Shown here one piece after another: positions 10,027 to 20,075 of a stretch of 64,000 nucleotides of DNA. Origin of the DNA: an uncultured Alphaproteobacteria bacterium (GTDB lineage Bacteria; Pseudomonadota; Alphaproteobacteria; Kiloniellales; DSM-21159); the NCBI GenBank assembly GCA_942491105.1, contig CALNZX010000005.1, positions 70,419-134,418 of the forward strand, read 5' to 3'. A program made the position numbers and the translations under genes. The notes under the pieces are model-generated. The model was not told the origin of the DNA. It ran no database searches and saw only the letters and a list, made by a program, of their open reading frames with translations. How positions within the stretch are numbered: the stretch's first letter is position 1; each line of letters begins with the position of its first letter.

Positions 10027-10740
10027 TCACGCGGTATTGCTGCGATGCTCCAGGCGGCGCAGCTGTTCGACCAGTTTCTCGTAATCGACCGCGCGGGAGT
10101 ATTCCAGAATATGGGTTTCCAAGAGCGTCTCGAAGGCCTGCAGGTCGCCCTGGCGCAGGGTCTCGATGACATCGTCGTGCTCCGCGACGATGTTTTTCAG
10201 GTCCTTCTTCAAGGTCGAGAGGCCGAAGATGATCGTGAGCTGGCGCGACAGGGGCTCCCAGGTGCGTACCAGCGCCTCGTTCTGCGACAGCAGACAGAGG
10301 CAGCGATGAAATTCGGTGTCGTACTTGGCGACCAGGAAGCCGTCATTGGCATCGGCGGCCGCGTGTAGCTGCCGAAGCACTTCCTCGAGCGGCTGGAGCG
10401 CGTCCGGTTCCTTCTTGAGGCGCGCGATCACCTCGCTGCCGGCCAGTTTCTCGAGCACCAGCCGTACCTTGAGGATTTTCTCGAGGCGGTCGATGTCGAC
10501 GCTCATCAGCTTCATGCCGCGGTAGCGTTCGTTGACCACCACGCCCTGACTCTGGAGCAGCCGCAGCGCTTCGCGCACGGGAATGCGGCTGACGTTGAGG
10601 GAGCGGGCCAGCTCCGCCTCGATGATCCGGTCGCCGGGCAGGAAAATGCCTTTCGCTGTGGCTTCGACGATGGCGTCGACAACCTGATCGACCAGCGTTT
10701 TCGCGGTCAGCGGAGCCAAGCCTGCCGTTTTGTTCTTCAT
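10027..10740 (-). CDS. GntR family transcriptional regulator, FadR/FCD subfamily
   Basis: 237 aa. HTH: IIEAELARSLNVSRIPVREALRLLQSQGVVV. The C-terminal part is helical and FCD-like. Confidence 0.85.
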   Translation of the reverse strand: MKNKTAGLAPLTAKTLVDQVVDAIVEATAKGIFLPGDRIIEAELARSLNVSRIPVREALRLLQSQGVVVNERYRGMKLMSVDIDRLEKILKVRLVLEKLAGSEVIARLKKEPDALQPLEEVLRQLHAAADANDGFLVAKYDTEFHRCLCLLSQNEALVRTWEPLSRQLTIIFGLSTLKKDLKNIVAEHDDVIETLRQGDLQAFETLLETHILEYSRAVDYEKLVEQLRRLEHRSNTA

Positions 10741-10860
10741 AGCGTCAAAACTCCTCAGCGCGGCCTATTAGACTGGCTGCGGGGGCGGCGCAACAATTCA
10801 CCTTCCCGACGATATCGGAAAAACCGCCGCGTGGCGGGATTCCGGTTTCGCCGGTGCCGT

Positions 10861-11799
10861 CTAATCTGTGCCGATAGGCGTCAGCAGCGGCCGCCCCGCG
10901 AAGAAGGCGGAGAGATTGGCTTTCACGAGATCGCAGCCATCCTCCCAGGTTTCGATGGTACCGCCGCCGCGATGGGGCATCAGGACCGTGTTCTCGAGGC
11001 TGCGCAGTTCCTTGGGTACCTGGGGTTCGTCTTCGAAAACGTCCAGGCCCGCCCCGGCGATGACGCCGTTCTGCAGCGCCGCGATCAAGGCCGGCTCGTC
11101 GATGATCGATCCGCGCGCGATGTTCACGACGATGCCCCTGCCGCCGAGCGCCTGCAGGACGGAGGCATCGACAAGATGGTGAGTGGCCGCGCCGCCGGGG
11201 CAGGACACGATGAGCATGTCGACGGCGGCGGCGAGCGCCTGCGGCGTATCGTGATAGGTATAGGGCGCATCCGCGACGGGGCGGCGGTTGTGATAGGCCA
11301 CCGGCATATCGAAAGCCAGGGCGCGGCGGGCGATCGCCTGTCCGATCCGGCCCAGGCCCAGGATCCCCAGTTTTCTGCCATGGACGCGCCCGACCAATGG
11401 AAAGCTGCCCTGTGGCCAGCGGCCTTCGCGCACGAAGCGGTCGCCGCGCGTTATCTGGCGCGCCACCGCAAGCAGCAGGCCGAAGGCCATGTCGGCGACG
11501 CAGCCATCGGTGATATGCGGCGTATTGGTGATGGCGATGCCTCTGCGCGCGGCTTCTTCGACGTCGATCTTTTCATAGCCGACGCCGGCGTTCGCGATCA
11601 GGCGCAGCCGCGGCAGGGCATCCAAGAGGTCTTTGCCGACGCCGCCTACGGCGACCAGCGCTTCGATCCGCGCCGCGGCCTGCGGGTCGAGCTTCGCGGG
11701 GTCGCCGTCTTCCAGGCGGTGCAGGCGATAGTCCTCGGCATAGCGCTCAATATACCAATCTGGGCCCGCTCCAACATAAACGACCTCGGGTTTGCTCAC
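10861..11799 (-). CDS. D-isomer-specific 2-hydroxyacid dehydrogenase (glyoxylate/hydroxypyruvate reductase-like)
   Basis: 312 aa with a GTG start preceded by AAGGAGA. It has the NAD-binding motif LGILGLGRIGQAIA and the catalytic-region motifs NIARGSIIDE and MPHRGGGT. Confidence 0.85.
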   Translation of the reverse strand: MSKPEVVYVGAGPDWYIERYAEDYRLHRLEDGDPAKLDPQAAARIEALVAVGGVGKDLLDALPRLRLIANAGVGYEKIDVEEAARRGIAITNTPHITDGCVADMAFGLLLAVARQITRGDRFVREGRWPQGSFPLVGRVHGRKLGILGLGRIGQAIARRALAFDMPVAYHNRRPVADAPYTYHDTPQALAAAVDMLIVSCPGGAATHHLVDASVLQALGGRGIVVNIARGSIIDEPALIAALQNGVIAGAGLDVFEDEPQVPKELRSLENTVLMPHRGGGTIETWEDGCDLVKANLSAFFAGRPLLTPIGTD

Positions 11800-11881
11800 G
11801 CTGTCTCCTTTCTGGGTACACGGCAGGGAAGGGCCCCGTTTTCCTGCCTAAGTTTCCGCGCTGCGCCAAGCGCTTTGCTCA

Positions 11882-11913
11882 TTGACTCTCGTATCATTGT
11901 ATACAATAATACG
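11882..11913 (+). promoter_or_regulatory. Promoter-like TTGACT-N17-AATAAT overlapped by the 24-bp near-perfect palindrome CGTATcATTGTATACAATaATACG
   Basis: The palindrome spans 11890-11913 and has a perfect 12-bp core ATTGTATACAAT. It lies about 75 nt upstream of the ABC operon start at 11988. Confidence 0.45.
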
Positions 11914-11987
11914 CAAACTGCCAAGATCAAATCAAACTAAGGTGCCCGTGTCAGGGCTGCGGAACAAAGATTGCAGAGGAGGGAAGC

Positions 11988-13565
11988 ATGTCTTGGACAA
12001 GGCGTGATGTTATGAAAACCGGTGCGATGCTTGGTCTTACATTGCCGGCATCGGCATATCCATTCCGGCTTGGTGCGCAAGCCGCAAGCAATCCCAAGAT
12101 GGGGGGATCGGCCGTCGTCGCGATGAGCGCGGCAACCGAAACCATCGACCCACATTTTTCGCGCTCGCAAGCGGCCCGAAACATCCTGATGCACATTTAC
12201 GAGACTCTCATCACCATCGATGAGACCGGCGCGCCGCAGCTGCAGCTCGCCGAGAAGCTCGACGTCTCCGACGATCATCGTGTCTATACCTTCGCGCTGC
12301 GCAAGGGCGTCACCTTCCATAACGGCAAGGAAATGACCTCCGAGGACGTCAAGCTTTCGCTGGAGCGCTATGCCCGGGTCAGCCCGGAGAAGGTGCGGCT
12401 TGAGCCGGTGGAATCGATCGCGACTCCCGACACCTATACCGTGGTCGTGACGCTGAAGACGTCGATGCCCAGCTGGATCGAACTGATCAAGTCGCCGGCC
12501 TCCCCGCTGACGATCATTCCGGCCGAGGAGTGCGACAAGGGGCCGAACGAGATCGCGCCGATCGCCACAGGCCCCTTCGAGTTCGTCGACTGGGACGGCG
12601 TTACCCAGGTGCGTATCCGCCGTTACGAGGACTACAAACCGAACGAGACCTATAGCGGCCCCGACGGCTATGGCGGAAACCGGGTGGCCTATCTCGACGA
12701 AGTCACCTTCAAGGTGGTGTCCGAGGCCAGCGGCAGGGTCAGCGGCGTGCAGGCCGGCGAATTCACCATCGCCGATCAGGTGCCCGTGCCCGCCGCGCAG
12801 CGCATGGAGGCGGACCCGCAACTGCGCACCTACGACCGCATTCCGATCTGGATGAACCTGGTTCCGGTCAACATCACGCGGCCGCCGACCGATAATCTTC
12901 TGGTGCGCAGGGCCATTCAAACCGCCCTCAACACCGAGGAAATCATGGGCATCGCGACCGATGGCCTGTTCGGTCTCAACCCCGCTTTCGTGTATCCGGA
13001 CAGCGAGTTCTATCCGGCCAACGCGGACAGCCTCGTCTACAACGAGAACAACGTCGACCGGGCCAAGGCGCTGTTGAAGGAGGCGAACTATCAGGGCGAG
13101 GAACTGGTGCTGCTGACCAGCTCGGATATCGCGTCACTGAAGGAAGCCGCCGTGGTGATGGCCGAGCAAATCAAGGAAATCGGCATTCCGGTCAAGCTGG
13201 AGGTGCTGGATTGGCCTGGCGCCAACGCCATGCGGGCCGATCCCACCGCCTACAACATGTTCAGCACGGCCTACGCGATTCAGCCTATGCTTGGCCCGTT
13301 CCAGTACCAGCGCCTGATTTCCGGCTCCGGGAACTGGTTCTACTATGAGGAAGACGAGGTCATGGAAAACGCCTGGGTGGATCTTCTGGCCGCGGGAAGC
13401 GTGGAGGACCAGCGCAAGGCATGGTCGGAGATCGAATTCCATCTCAACGACCAAGCCTACTTCCTGAAGCTGGGGGATCGTGGGGTGAAGCAGGCCTCGA
13501 GCGCGGCCCTGCAGAACTACAAGCCCTACGATGCCATCCGTATGTGGAACGTCTGGCTTTCATGA
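11988..13565 (+). CDS. ABC transporter substrate-binding protein, family 5 (peptide/nickel/opine, DppA/OppA-like)
   Basis: 525 aa with a Tat/Sec-like leader MSWTRRDVMKTGAMLGLTLPASA and a GGAGGG RBS. It is followed by two permease genes and two ATPase genes. Confidence 0.85.
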   Translation: MSWTRRDVMKTGAMLGLTLPASAYPFRLGAQAASNPKMGGSAVVAMSAATETIDPHFSRSQAARNILMHIYETLITIDETGAPQLQLAEKLDVSDDHRVYTFALRKGVTFHNGKEMTSEDVKLSLERYARVSPEKVRLEPVESIATPDTYTVVVTLKTSMPSWIELIKSPASPLTIIPAEECDKGPNEIAPIATGPFEFVDWDGVTQVRIRRYEDYKPNETYSGPDGYGGNRVAYLDEVTFKVVSEASGRVSGVQAGEFTIADQVPVPAAQRMEADPQLRTYDRIPIWMNLVPVNITRPPTDNLLVRRAIQTALNTEEIMGIATDGLFGLNPAFVYPDSEFYPANADSLVYNENNVDRAKALLKEANYQGEELVLLTSSDIASLKEAAVVMAEQIKEIGIPVKLEVLDWPGANAMRADPTAYNMFSTAYAIQPMLGPFQYQRLISGSGNWFYYEEDEVMENAWVDLLAAGSVEDQRKAWSEIEFHLNDQAYFLKLGDRGVKQASSAALQNYKPYDAIRMWNVWLS

Positions 13566-13592
13566 TCTCGGCTTGAGCAAGAAAACCGCCTA

Positions 13593-14537
13593 ATGTTTGA
13601 CGTCGTTGTCCGCCGGCTGATCAGTACTGTTCCCGTTTTGCTCGGCGTCAGTCTCGTCACATTCGGCTTAATCCATGTCATTCCCGGCGACGCAGCGAAT
13701 GTGATCGCCGGGCCTGACGCTTCCAGCGATCAAATCGAGGCCGTGCGCGTTTTGCTCGGCCTCGATAAGCCGCTGCACGTACAGTTATCGATGTGGTTCT
13801 GGAATCTTTCCCAGGGCGACCTCGGTCAATCCTTCATGCTGGGACGCAGCGTCGCCCAGGCGATCATGGAGCGCCTGCCGACGACCCTGCTGCTGACCGG
13901 TTACTCCATCGCCCTGACGATCCCTTTCGGTATCCTCGCGGGTTTGCTCGCGGCCTATCGGCAGAACACCTGGGTCGACACCTTCGTGATGACCATCGCG
14001 CTGATCGGCGTTTCCGTGCCGAGCTTCTGGCTAAGCGTTATGGGTATCCTGCTGTTCTCCGTCACCCTGGGCTGGCTGCCGACCAGCGGTTACGTCCCGC
14101 CCAGCGAGGATTTTCTCGGCTGTTTGCGTTCGCTGACCCTGCCCGCGGTTTCCCTGGCGGTTTTCCAGATCGGCCTGCTGGCGCGGATGACGCGGGCGAC
14201 GACGCTGGAGGTGCTGCGCCAGGATTTCGTGCGCACGGCGCGGGCCAAGGGCGTCTCGGAATGGAAGACCGTCGGCAAGCACGCCCTGTCGAACGTGATG
14301 ATTCCCGTTGTCACGGTCATCGGACTGCTGGTCAGCGTGGCGCTCGCCGGCGCCGTCGTCATCGAGCAGATCTTCGTACTGCCGGGGCTGGGGCAGCTGG
14401 TTGTTCAAGGTATCCTGCGCCGCGACTACCCGGTGATCCAGGGCTCGATCCTGGCGGTCGCGGTGCTCCTGGTGGTCATCAACCTGGTCGTCGACCTGCT
14501 CTACGCCTATCTCGATCCGAGGCTGCGCCATGACTAG
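13593..14537 (+). CDS. ABC transporter permease (DppB/OppB-like)
   Basis: 314-aa polytopic protein. Family-typical segments are FVRTARAKGVSEWKTVGKHALSN and a C-terminal LLYAYLDPRLR. Confidence 0.85.
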   Translation: MFDVVVRRLISTVPVLLGVSLVTFGLIHVIPGDAANVIAGPDASSDQIEAVRVLLGLDKPLHVQLSMWFWNLSQGDLGQSFMLGRSVAQAIMERLPTTLLLTGYSIALTIPFGILAGLLAAYRQNTWVDTFVMTIALIGVSVPSFWLSVMGILLFSVTLGWLPTSGYVPPSEDFLGCLRSLTLPAVSLAVFQIGLLARMTRATTLEVLRQDFVRTARAKGVSEWKTVGKHALSNVMIPVVTVIGLLVSVALAGAVVIEQIFVLPGLGQLVVQGILRRDYPVIQGSILAVAVLLVVINLVVDLLYAYLDPRLRHD

Positions 14538-15408
14538 TTCAACATCGGCTCTCGCGACGGAACGGCCGCTGGCGCCCTGGCGCGTAAAAACCGGCAGGCT
14601 GCTGCGCCACAACGGCTTTGTGATCGGATTGACGATCATGGCGGTGGTCGCGGCCGCGATGCTGGCCGGCTTGTTCGGCCTCGCGGGAGATCCACTCGAC
14701 ATCAGCTACAGCACGCGTCTCGTTCCGCCTTCGGGGGAGTTCCTCTTCGGCACCGACCACTATGGCCGCAGCATCTTCACGCGGATCGTGGAGGGCACGC
14801 ACCTGTCGATGCTGATCGGTCTCAGCGTGGTCGGAATCACCGCGATCTCCGGCACGATGGTCGGCGCCGTCTCCGGTTACTTTCCCCGGCTGGACGGCCT
14901 CGTCATGCGCTGCATGGACGCGCTGATGGCTTTCCCGCCTCTGATGCTGGCGATCGCCATCGCGGCCGCCTTGGGCACGGGGCTGACGAACCTGATCATC
15001 GCCTTGGCGATTACCTATACGCCGCGCACCGGCAGGATCGTGCGCGCCGCCGTGCTGGGCATTCGCGGCTCCGAATACGTCGAGTCTGCGCGGCTGTCGG
15101 GCGCCAGCCACCTGCGCATCATCCTGCGGCATATCCTGCCGAACTGCCTGGCGCCGCTGCTGGTCGATCTGACCTTCGTCTTCGCCTATGCGATCCTTGC
15201 AGAGGCCGCCTTGAGCTTCCTCGGCGTCGGGCCGCCGCCGCCGACTCCGACCTGGGGCAACATCATCGCCGAGGGGCGGAACTACATGGTCGATGCACCC
15301 TGGATCAGCATCTTTCCCGGTCTGGTGATCGCCTTCACGGTGCTCGGTTTGAACCTGCTCGGGGACGGTCTGCGCGACATCCTGGATCCCCGGCTGGTGA
15401 CGAGCTAG
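14530..15408 (+). CDS. ABC transporter permease (DppC/OppC-like)
   Basis: 292 aa. It overlaps the previous gene by 8 nt. Family-typical segments are YVESARLSGASHLRIILRHILPN and LGDGLRDILDPR. Confidence 0.85.
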   Translation: MTSSTSALATERPLAPWRVKTGRLLRHNGFVIGLTIMAVVAAAMLAGLFGLAGDPLDISYSTRLVPPSGEFLFGTDHYGRSIFTRIVEGTHLSMLIGLSVVGITAISGTMVGAVSGYFPRLDGLVMRCMDALMAFPPLMLAIAIAAALGTGLTNLIIALAITYTPRTGRIVRAAVLGIRGSEYVESARLSGASHLRIILRHILPNCLAPLLVDLTFVFAYAILAEAALSFLGVGPPPPTPTWGNIIAEGRNYMVDAPWISIFPGLVIAFTVLGLNLLGDGLRDILDPRLVTS

Positions 15409-15419
15409 GAGATGGGCCG

Positions 15420-16406
15420 ATGACCGCCGCACCCCTGCTCGAAATCCGCAAGCTGCGTACGGAGTTCGGCCCTCGCGCCAAGCCCTTCGCGGCGGTCGAC
15501 GGCATCGATTTGCAGATCGCGCCGGGCGAACGGCTGGCCGTGGTCGGCGAGTCCGGCTCGGGCAAGACCATGACCGCGTTGTCGATTCTCGGCCTGGTTC
15601 CCGATGCGGGGCGAATCGCCGCGGGCGAAATTCTGTTCGAGGGGCGCGATCTCCTGCGATTGCCGCAGCGCGCCCTACGCCGCCTGCGTGGCGGCGATAT
15701 CGCGATGATTTTCCAGGAACCCATGACCTCGCTCAATCCGGTCTTCACGGTCGGCGATCAGATCGCCGAGGCGCTGACGCTGCATCAGGGTCTGCGGGGA
15801 CGCCCCGCCCGCAAGCGCGCCATCGAGCTGCTGTCCCTGGTGCGCGTGCCCTCCCCGGAACAGCGGGTCGATAACTATCCGCACGAGCTCTCCGGGGGCA
15901 TGCGCCAGAGGGTGATGATCGCCATGGCGCTGTCCTCCCAGCCGAAGCTGCTGATCGCCGACGAACCGACCACCGCGCTCGATGTCACGGTGCAGGCGCA
16001 GATCCTGCATCTGATGCGCCAGTTGCAGGATGAGCTCGGCATGGCGATTCTTCTGATCACCCACGACCTCGGCGTGGTCGCGCAGTTTGCCGAGCGCGTG
16101 GTCGTGATGTACGCGGGCAAGGTGGTGGAAACGGCGCTGGTGGGCGAAACCTTCGCCGCGCCGCTGCATCCCTACACCGAAGGGCTGCTTGGGAGCATTC
16201 CGCCGCTGTATGATGACGTCGAGGAGCTGCGCGCGATCGACGGCGTGGTGCCCGCGCCCAATGCGATGCCGCCCGGTTGCCGGTTTCATCCGCGCTGCGC
16301 CTATGCGCGCGAGGCCTGCACCGCGCAGGTGCCGCCGCTGCTGCGTCTGCGCGAAAATCACAGCGCGGCCTGCATCCGCCATAGCGGTTACGAGGTTTCC
16401 AAGTGA
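15420..16406 (+). CDS. ABC transporter ATP-binding protein (DppD/OppD-like)
   Basis: Walker A GESGSGKT, signature LSGGMRQR and Walker [13 protein letters not shown], with a C-terminal oligopeptide-type extension (HPYT...CRFHPRC). Confidence 0.9.
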   Translation: MTAAPLLEIRKLRTEFGPRAKPFAAVDGIDLQIAPGERLAVVGESGSGKTMTALSILGLVPDAGRIAAGEILFEGRDLLRLPQRALRRLRGGDIAMIFQEPMTSLNPVFTVGDQIAEALTLHQGLRGRPARKRAIELLSLVRVPSPEQRVDNYPHELSGGMRQRVMIAMALSSQPKLLIADEPTTALDVTVQAQILHLMRQLQDELGMAILLITHDLGVVAQFAERVVVMYAGKVVETALVGETFAAPLHPYTEGLLGSIPPLYDDVEELRAIDGVVPAPNAMPPGCRFHPRCAYAREACTAQVPPLLRLRENHSAACIRHSGYEVSK

Positions 16407-17392
16407 TGGGCGGCGCGGCTCCCTTGCTCGAGGTGCGCGGCCTGACCAAGCACTTCCACGTCGGCCGCAAGCTGATGGGACGTGGCCGCCAGACGGTGCA
16501 GGCGGTCGACGGCGTCAGCTTCGATATCCAGCCCGGCGAAACGCTCGGCCTGGTCGGCGAGTCCGGCTGCGGCAAGTCGACGGTCGGCCGGCTTGTCGTG
16601 CGGCTGATCGAAGCCAGCGCCGGGTCGGTTCGTTTCGATGGCCAGGACCTGCTGTCCCTGAAAACCGATGCCCTGCGCCAGCAGCGCAGGAAATGCCAGT
16701 TCATCTTCCAGGATCCTTACGGCTCGCTCGATCCGCGCATGGCGATCCGCGATATCGTCGCCGAGCCGATCCTGATCGAAGGCAAGCTGAACCGCGCCGA
16801 GCGCGAGGCACGGGTGCTGGAGCTGCTCGCGCGCGTCGGTCTGGATGAAAAGGTCGCGGCCCGCTTTCCCCACGAGTTCTCGGGCGGTCAGCGCCAGCGG
16901 ATCGGCATCGCCCGGGCCCTGGCCCTGAATCCCAAGTTCATCGTCTGCGACGAGCCTGTCTCCGCCTTGGATGTGTCGATTCAGGCGCAGGTGATCAATC
17001 TGATGCGGCGTTTGCAGCGCGAACTCGGCTTGAGCTACCTGTTCATTTCCCACGATCTGTCGGTGGTGCGTCATATCGCCGATCGTGTCGCCGTGATGTA
17101 CCTCGGCAAGCTGGTCGAGGTGGCCAGCAAGGCCGAGCTCTACAGCAATCCGCAGCATCCCTATACCCAGGCGCTGCTTTCTGCGGTGCCGATTCCCGAT
17201 CCCGCTCAGCTGACGCAGCCGATGGCGCTCAGCGGGGACGTGCCAAGCCCCATTAACCCACCCAAGGGATGCCGCTTCCACACGCGTTGCCCCCTGGCCT
17301 TCGACCGCTGCCGTAAAGAGGAGCCTCCATTGATGTCCACCGGAAACGAACACGCCACGGCCTGCCATTTGGTGCCCCATGTCGCGGAGTAG
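16403..17392 (+). CDS. ABC transporter ATP-binding protein (DppF/OppF-like)
   Basis: Walker [10 protein letters not shown], signature FSGGQRQR and Walker [13 protein letters not shown], plus HPYT...CRFHTRC. It overlaps the previous gene by 4 nt. Confidence 0.9.
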   Translation: MMGGAAPLLEVRGLTKHFHVGRKLMGRGRQTVQAVDGVSFDIQPGETLGLVGESGCGKSTVGRLVVRLIEASAGSVRFDGQDLLSLKTDALRQQRRKCQFIFQDPYGSLDPRMAIRDIVAEPILIEGKLNRAEREARVLELLARVGLDEKVAARFPHEFSGGQRQRIGIARALALNPKFIVCDEPVSALDVSIQAQVINLMRRLQRELGLSYLFISHDLSVVRHIADRVAVMYLGKLVEVASKAELYSNPQHPYTQALLSAVPIPDPAQLTQPMALSGDVPSPINPPKGCRFHTRCPLAFDRCRKEEPPLMSTGNEHATACHLVPHVAE

Positions 17393-18131
17393 CATCGATC
17401 TAGAGGGCAAGCGCGCCATCGTCACCGGCGGTGCGCGGGGTATCGGCAGAGCGATCGTCGAGCGCTTCTTGGCCTCGGGCGCGCGGGTCGCGATCTGGGA
17501 CCGGGACGGCGCGCGGGCGCAGAGCGCTGCGGAGGAACTGGGTGGCGCCCTGCATGTCGAGGCGCTGGACGTTACCGATACCGCCGCCGTCGAGGCGGCG
17601 CTACAGGCCACCGAAGCCGCTCAGGGGCCGAGCGATATTCTGGTGACCAGCGCCGGTATCACCGGACCGGTCGCGACGGTCGCCGACTACGACCCGCAGG
17701 AGTGGAAGCGCGTGATCGATGTCGATCTGATCGGAGTCTACGCTTGCCTGCGGGCGGTCGTGCCGGGAATGAGCGCGCGCGGCTACGGCCGGATCGTCAA
17801 CATCGCCTCGGTCGCCGGAAAGGAAGGCAATCCCAACGCCTCGGCCTACAGCGCCGCCAAGGCCGGCGTGATCGCGCTGACCAAGTCGCTGGGCAAGGAG
17901 CTGGCCGAAAGCGGGGTGCTGGTCAACGCGGTGGCCCCGGCGGTGATCGAGACCGAGCTGTTCGAGCAGATGACCCAGGCGCATATCGACTACATGACCT
18001 CCAAGATCCCCATGGGGCGGGTCGGGCAGCCCGCGGAGGCGGCCGCGCTGGTCGCCTGGCTGGCCTCCGGAGAGTGCAGCTTCTCGACCGGAGCGACCTT
18101 CGACCTCTCGGGCGGCCGGGCGACCTACTAA
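17379..18131 (+). CDS. SDR family oxidoreductase (FabG-like)
   Basis: 250 aa with the motifs [18 protein letters not shown] and YSAAKAG. Confidence 0.85.
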   Translation: MSRSSIDLEGKRAIVTGGARGIGRAIVERFLASGARVAIWDRDGARAQSAAEELGGALHVEALDVTDTAAVEAALQATEAAQGPSDILVTSAGITGPVATVADYDPQEWKRVIDVDLIGVYACLRAVVPGMSARGYGRIVNIASVAGKEGNPNASAYSAAKAGVIALTKSLGKELAESGVLVNAVAPAVIETELFEQMTQAHIDYMTSKIPMGRVGQPAEAAALVAWLASGECSFSTGATFDLSGGRATY

Positions 18132-18153
18132 CGATCGGAGCGAAACAGAAAGC

Positions 18154-19293
18154 ATGAAGATCACCGATGTACAGGCCATCTATCTGAGCCTGCCGGAAAT
18201 CGCCCAGCGCACGGATAGTTCCCAGGACGCGCTGCTGATCCGGATCGACACCGACGCCGGGATCACCGGCTGGGGCGAGGTTGACAGCTGCCCGGCGGCG
18301 ATAGCCGCGGTGGTCGATGCCCCGCCTTCGCATACCCTGGTCAACGGCCTGCGCAATGTCCTGCTCGGCGAGGACCCCCTGGCCATTGCCTCGCTATGGG
18401 ACAGGATGTGGCATTCCACCCTGTACTTCGGGCGCAACGGCGCGGCGGTACAGGCGATGGCCGGCATCGACCTGGCACTCTGGGACATCAAGGGAAAGGC
18501 CCTGGATCTGCCGGTGCACATGTTGCTGGGCGGCGGCGGGAGCTATCGCAGCGAGATCCGGGCCTATGCCTCGAACATGATGCAGATGACCCCCGAGGCG
18601 ACGGCGGCGCGGGCGCGTCAGGCCATGGAGGCGGGCTTTACCGCGGTCAAGTTCGGCTGGGAACCGCTGGGTCCCGACGCCGAGTTCGACCGGCAGCTGG
18701 TCGCGGCGATCCGCGACAGTCTCGGCCCCAAGGCGGAGCTGATGATCGATGCCGGCCTGGCCTGGGATGCCAAGACGGCGATCCAGCGCTGCCGCCTTTT
18801 CGAGCCCTACGAGCTGTTCTGGCTGGAGGAGCCCTTGGGCCCCGACGATCTGCGCGGCTATGCGCGGCTGTCGGCCGCGGTCGATACCCGAATCGCCGCC
18901 GGCGAGGAGGAGTGCACGGTCGAGGGCTACCGGCGGCTGATGGACGAGGGCCGGATCGATGTGGTCCAGGTCGACGTGACGCGCACCGGCCTGACCCAGG
19001 CGATCCGTATCGCCGAGATGGCCCACCGGCGCGGCCTGCCCTGCGCCAATCACACCTTCACGACCGATATCAATGTCGCGGCCTCGCTGCATTTCCTGGC
19101 GGCGATTCCCAATGCGATCATCCTGGAGTACGGCGTCGAGCCGAGCGACATCGCGCGCAACCTGGCCAGAAAGCCGATTCGGATCGAGGAGGGCATCGCC
19201 CGGGTGCCGACCGAGCCTGGCCTGGGTATCGAGATCAACGAGGAGATCGTCGCGCGCTACCGCTGCGATCCGGTAACGCGGGAGCGCTGCTGA
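18154..19293 (+). CDS. Enolase-superfamily enzyme (mandelate racemase/MLE family, acid-sugar-dehydratase-like); paralog of 6147..7337
   Basis: 379 aa with IDLALWDIKGK, metal-ligand contexts MIDAG / WLEEP / AAGEE, and VQVDVTRTG...ANHTF. Confidence 0.85.
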   Translation: MKITDVQAIYLSLPEIAQRTDSSQDALLIRIDTDAGITGWGEVDSCPAAIAAVVDAPPSHTLVNGLRNVLLGEDPLAIASLWDRMWHSTLYFGRNGAAVQAMAGIDLALWDIKGKALDLPVHMLLGGGGSYRSEIRAYASNMMQMTPEATAARARQAMEAGFTAVKFGWEPLGPDAEFDRQLVAAIRDSLGPKAELMIDAGLAWDAKTAIQRCRLFEPYELFWLEEPLGPDDLRGYARLSAAVDTRIAAGEEECTVEGYRRLMDEGRIDVVQVDVTRTGLTQAIRIAEMAHRRGLPCANHTFTTDINVAASLHFLAAIPNAIILEYGVEPSDIARNLARKPIRIEEGIARVPTEPGLGIEINEEIVARYRCDPVTRERC

Positions 19294-20033
19294 TGCCGGG
19301 ACGTTTGCACGGTAAGCGGACCCTGATTACCGGCGCGGCCCAGGGCATCGGCAGGTTCTCGGCGGAACTCTTCGCGGCCGAGGGCGCCGAGGTGATCGCG
19401 ACCGATCTGCAGGCCGACAAGCTGCGCGAGCTCGAAGACCGGAAAGGCATCGAGACCGCAGTTCTGGATGTCACCGACGGCGCCGCCATCGCGGCCCTGG
19501 CGGACAGGCTGGGCGCGCTCGACGTCCTGTTCAACTGCGCCGGCTACGTCCACCAAGGGGACATCCTCGCGTGCCCGCAGGAGGAATGGCAGCGCAGCTT
19601 CGCGGTCAACGTAACCTCGGCCTACGCGATGACGCGGGCCTTCCTGCCGGCGATGCTGGAGGCCGGCGGCGGGACGATCGTCAACATGGCCTCGGCGGTT
19701 TCCTCGATCAAAGGCGTGCCGAGCCGCTGCGCCTATGGCGCCAGCAAGGCGGCGGTTATCGGGCTGACCAAGTCGGTGGCCGCCGACTACGTCGGCCAGG
19801 GCATTCGCTGCAACGCGCTCTGTCCGGGGACCGTGGACACGCCCTCGCTGGGCGAACGCATCGCCGCGCTGGGAGATGTGGAAACGGTCAAGCGCGCCTT
19901 CGTGGAGCGTCAGCCCATGGGCCGTCTTGCGCAGCCCGATGAGATCGCCAAGGCGGCGCTGTACCTCGCCAGCGACGACTCCGCCTTCATGACCGGGACG
20001 GTCCTGGTCATCGACGGCGGCATGAGCCTATAG
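19293..20033 (+). CDS. SDR family oxidoreductase
   Basis: The real start is ATG 19293, overlapping the upstream TGA (TGATG), giving MPGRLHGKRTLITGAAQGIGR and YGASKAAV. The 545-aa track ORF 18396..20033 is an out-of-frame read-through over the upstream gene. Confidence 0.85.
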   Translation: MPGRLHGKRTLITGAAQGIGRFSAELFAAEGAEVIATDLQADKLRELEDRKGIETAVLDVTDGAAIAALADRLGALDVLFNCAGYVHQGDILACPQEEWQRSFAVNVTSAYAMTRAFLPAMLEAGGGTIVNMASAVSSIKGVPSRCAYGASKAAVIGLTKSVAADYVGQGIRCNALCPGTVDTPSLGERIAALGDVETVKRAFVERQPMGRLAQPDEIAKAALYLASDDSAFMTGTVLVIDGGMSL

Positions 20034-20075
20034 ATACAGAATCGGCCATCAAGAATTCCAAGATAAGGAAACCTC

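Noticed and set aside
18396-20033. A 545-aa ORF that looks like a fusion spanning the enolase gene and the SDR gene.
   Set aside because: Only the last 246 codons (from ATG 19293, MPGRLHGKRTLITGAAQGIGR) look like a real protein. The upstream part is an alternative frame over the enolase gene, whose TGA overlaps that ATG.
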